Of a stretch of 64,000 nucleotides of DNA, positions 62,660 to 64,000 are shown piece by piece. The notes beneath the pieces are model-generated. The model did not search any database. It was not told where the DNA came from and saw nothing but the letters and a program-made list of their open reading frames with translations. The translations under genes were made by a program, and so were the position numbers. The stretch lies in NCBI GenBank assembly GCA_040954595.2, contig CM082594.2:580208-644207 (forward strand), read 5' to 3'. Position 1 is the first letter of the stretch. Each line of letters opens with the position of its first letter. This DNA is from Balanoglossus misakiensis (lineage: Eukaryota > Animalia > Hemichordata).

Positions 62660-63393
62660 TGTGACGATATTCTGTGATATAGCATAATTGTATGTACTTG
62701 TAATTGTCTCTCTAGAGTTTACGCCCTCGGTGGTGAGATTTAGTATATTGAATACGTGTGTTTTAGTAGCTTGGGGAGTCTTGAGGACCACCTGGTCTGA
62801 CTACTTCCTAGGGGATTTGATAGGATGGCAGCCATAGCGTTTGACGTGTATGATTTTGGATCCATAGACATCCTCCAACCATGTGAGTTTTGACTATCAC
62901 TTTTCATCTCAACCTGTGGTATATTTTAATAACCCAGCACACTACACTGAATTGATGTCGAGATGTTCTGAAATTGGGCGTTTAGCCGTACGGAACTTTG
63001 ATCTGTCAATGGACATTGCTGGTGTGGAATGAATGTGCGGTGACGTCTCGGTGTACTTTGGCAAGTGCACGAAGAGTATCTGCGTCGCGGTCAAGTCGGA
63101 CAGGAGGAAGACCTGGATGAATTACCAGACTCCACATGCATGCCAACGGGGACGATGTTTGTCGGACTTTATTTATTAGATTTAAGTTAAGTTAAGATAA
63201 GTTAAGATTGTAACGGATTATTTTCATAAGTTTGACCACGTGGCGTTTTGATTGTCATGTCTGTATATGGTATTTTGATGTACGGGTAATATTTTCATGA
63301 TTAGTAATTAAATCCCCAGGTGGAATATATTTTCGTAGATTTGATCGTTCGATTCGATTTGTCTAGTTCACGTATAGCCGTCGATGCGTGACA
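62660..63393 (+). repeat. 5' LTR (734 bp) of a Ty3/Gypsy retrotransposon
   Basis: Termini tgtgacg...cgtgaca, immediately followed by a PBS. Confidence 0.88.
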
Positions 63394-63410
63394 TGGGGGC
63401 TCGTCCGGGA
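63394..63410 (+). promoter_or_regulatory. Primer-binding site complementary to the tRNA-Pro 3' end
   Basis: tgggggctcgtccggga matches the canonical tRNA-Pro PBS TGGGGGCTCGTCCGGGAT at 17 of 18 positions. Confidence 0.92.
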
Positions 63411-63485
63411 ATTTTAACCGTAGTATTAGTTACGTAGTATAGATTGTGGTATAGATTTATTTTTGAGTATAAATATAGAAGAAAC

Positions 63486-64000
63486 ATGGATATCGCAGAA
63501 TTTATTGAGTCACCATCCCTTGCCGGATTGGAAGCATGTAAAAAGGTGGATTTAATTGAGATTGCAAACAAACTTGAGCTCAGCGTGAAAACTTCCATGC
63601 GTAAAGATGAAATTAAGCGTATCATTGTTGCATTTCTGGTCGATGAGGATAAATTGCCACTAGATGCTTTAATTCAGTATCCTGAAATTGAAGAAAAGTC
63701 GACAAATGCTGATTTGCGTCTGATGGAATTAAAAATGGAATTTGAATTGAAGGAGAAATTGAAATTAAAAGAAATTGAAATGCAGGAAAAATTGAAATTA
63801 AAAGAATTCGAAATTAGAGTAAAAGAAATTGAAACTGCGGAAAAGATGAAAATAAAAGAAATGGAAATGAGAAATAATCTTGAGAGAGAGTCAATGGGTC
63901 TTCGACCAGATGTAAGAAATGAAGAGAGTTATTTTGATTTGGGAAAACAGATACGCTTAGTACCTCAATTTAATGAGGATGATATAGATAAATATTTCCA
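63486..64000 (+). CDS. Gypsy gag N-terminus (Gmr1-like), runs off the window
   Basis: Hand translation gives MDIAEFIESPSLAGLEACKKVDLIEIA...(E/K-rich coiled coil)...FDLGKQIRLVPQFNEDDIDKYF, open to the end. It is absent from the ORF track because it has no stop. Confidence 0.85.
   Translation, partial: MDIAEFIESPSLAGLEACKKVDLIEIANKLELSVKTSMRKDEIKRIIVAFLVDEDKLPLDALIQYPEIEEKSTNADLRLMELKMEFELKEKLKLKEIEMQEKLKLKEFEIRVKEIETAEKMKIKEMEMRNNLERESMGLRPDVRNEESYFDLGKQIRLVPQFNEDDIDKYF

Overview
Eukaryotic (metazoan; probably a marine invertebrate) heterochromatic window with no host genes. The backbone is a ~2.04-kb tandem macrosatellite. Each unit has an AT-rich half of degenerate ~165-bp subrepeats, a short unique hairpin/poly-C linker and a GC-rich half of ~81-bp subrepeats. 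The array runs on + from 1-44319 and on - from 51038-62659. Five transposable elements are inserted in it. (1) An apparently intact 13,040-bp EnSpm/CACTA (CACTG) DNA transposon at 17209-30248, with perfect 24-bp TIRs and a CTA target duplication. It encodes a 5-exon ~1033-aa transposase and a divergent 6-exon ~348-aa C14orf93-like accessory protein. It also carries two inverted, paralogous, strongly structured non-coding modules (~17.5-18.3 kb and ~18.65-19.35 kb), the best candidate here for an undescribed system. (2) A deleted BEL/Pao retrotransposon at the apex of a >=11-kb fold-back palindrome that flips the satellite. (3) A near full-length L2/CR1-group LINE with ORF1 and ORF2 in the same frame and a templated 5' junction. 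(4) The 3' fragment of a second BEL/Pao element. (5) The 5' LTR, tRNA-Pro PBS and gag of a Gypsy element running off the window end. All coordinates and alignments were read by eye; no searches or folding programs were run.
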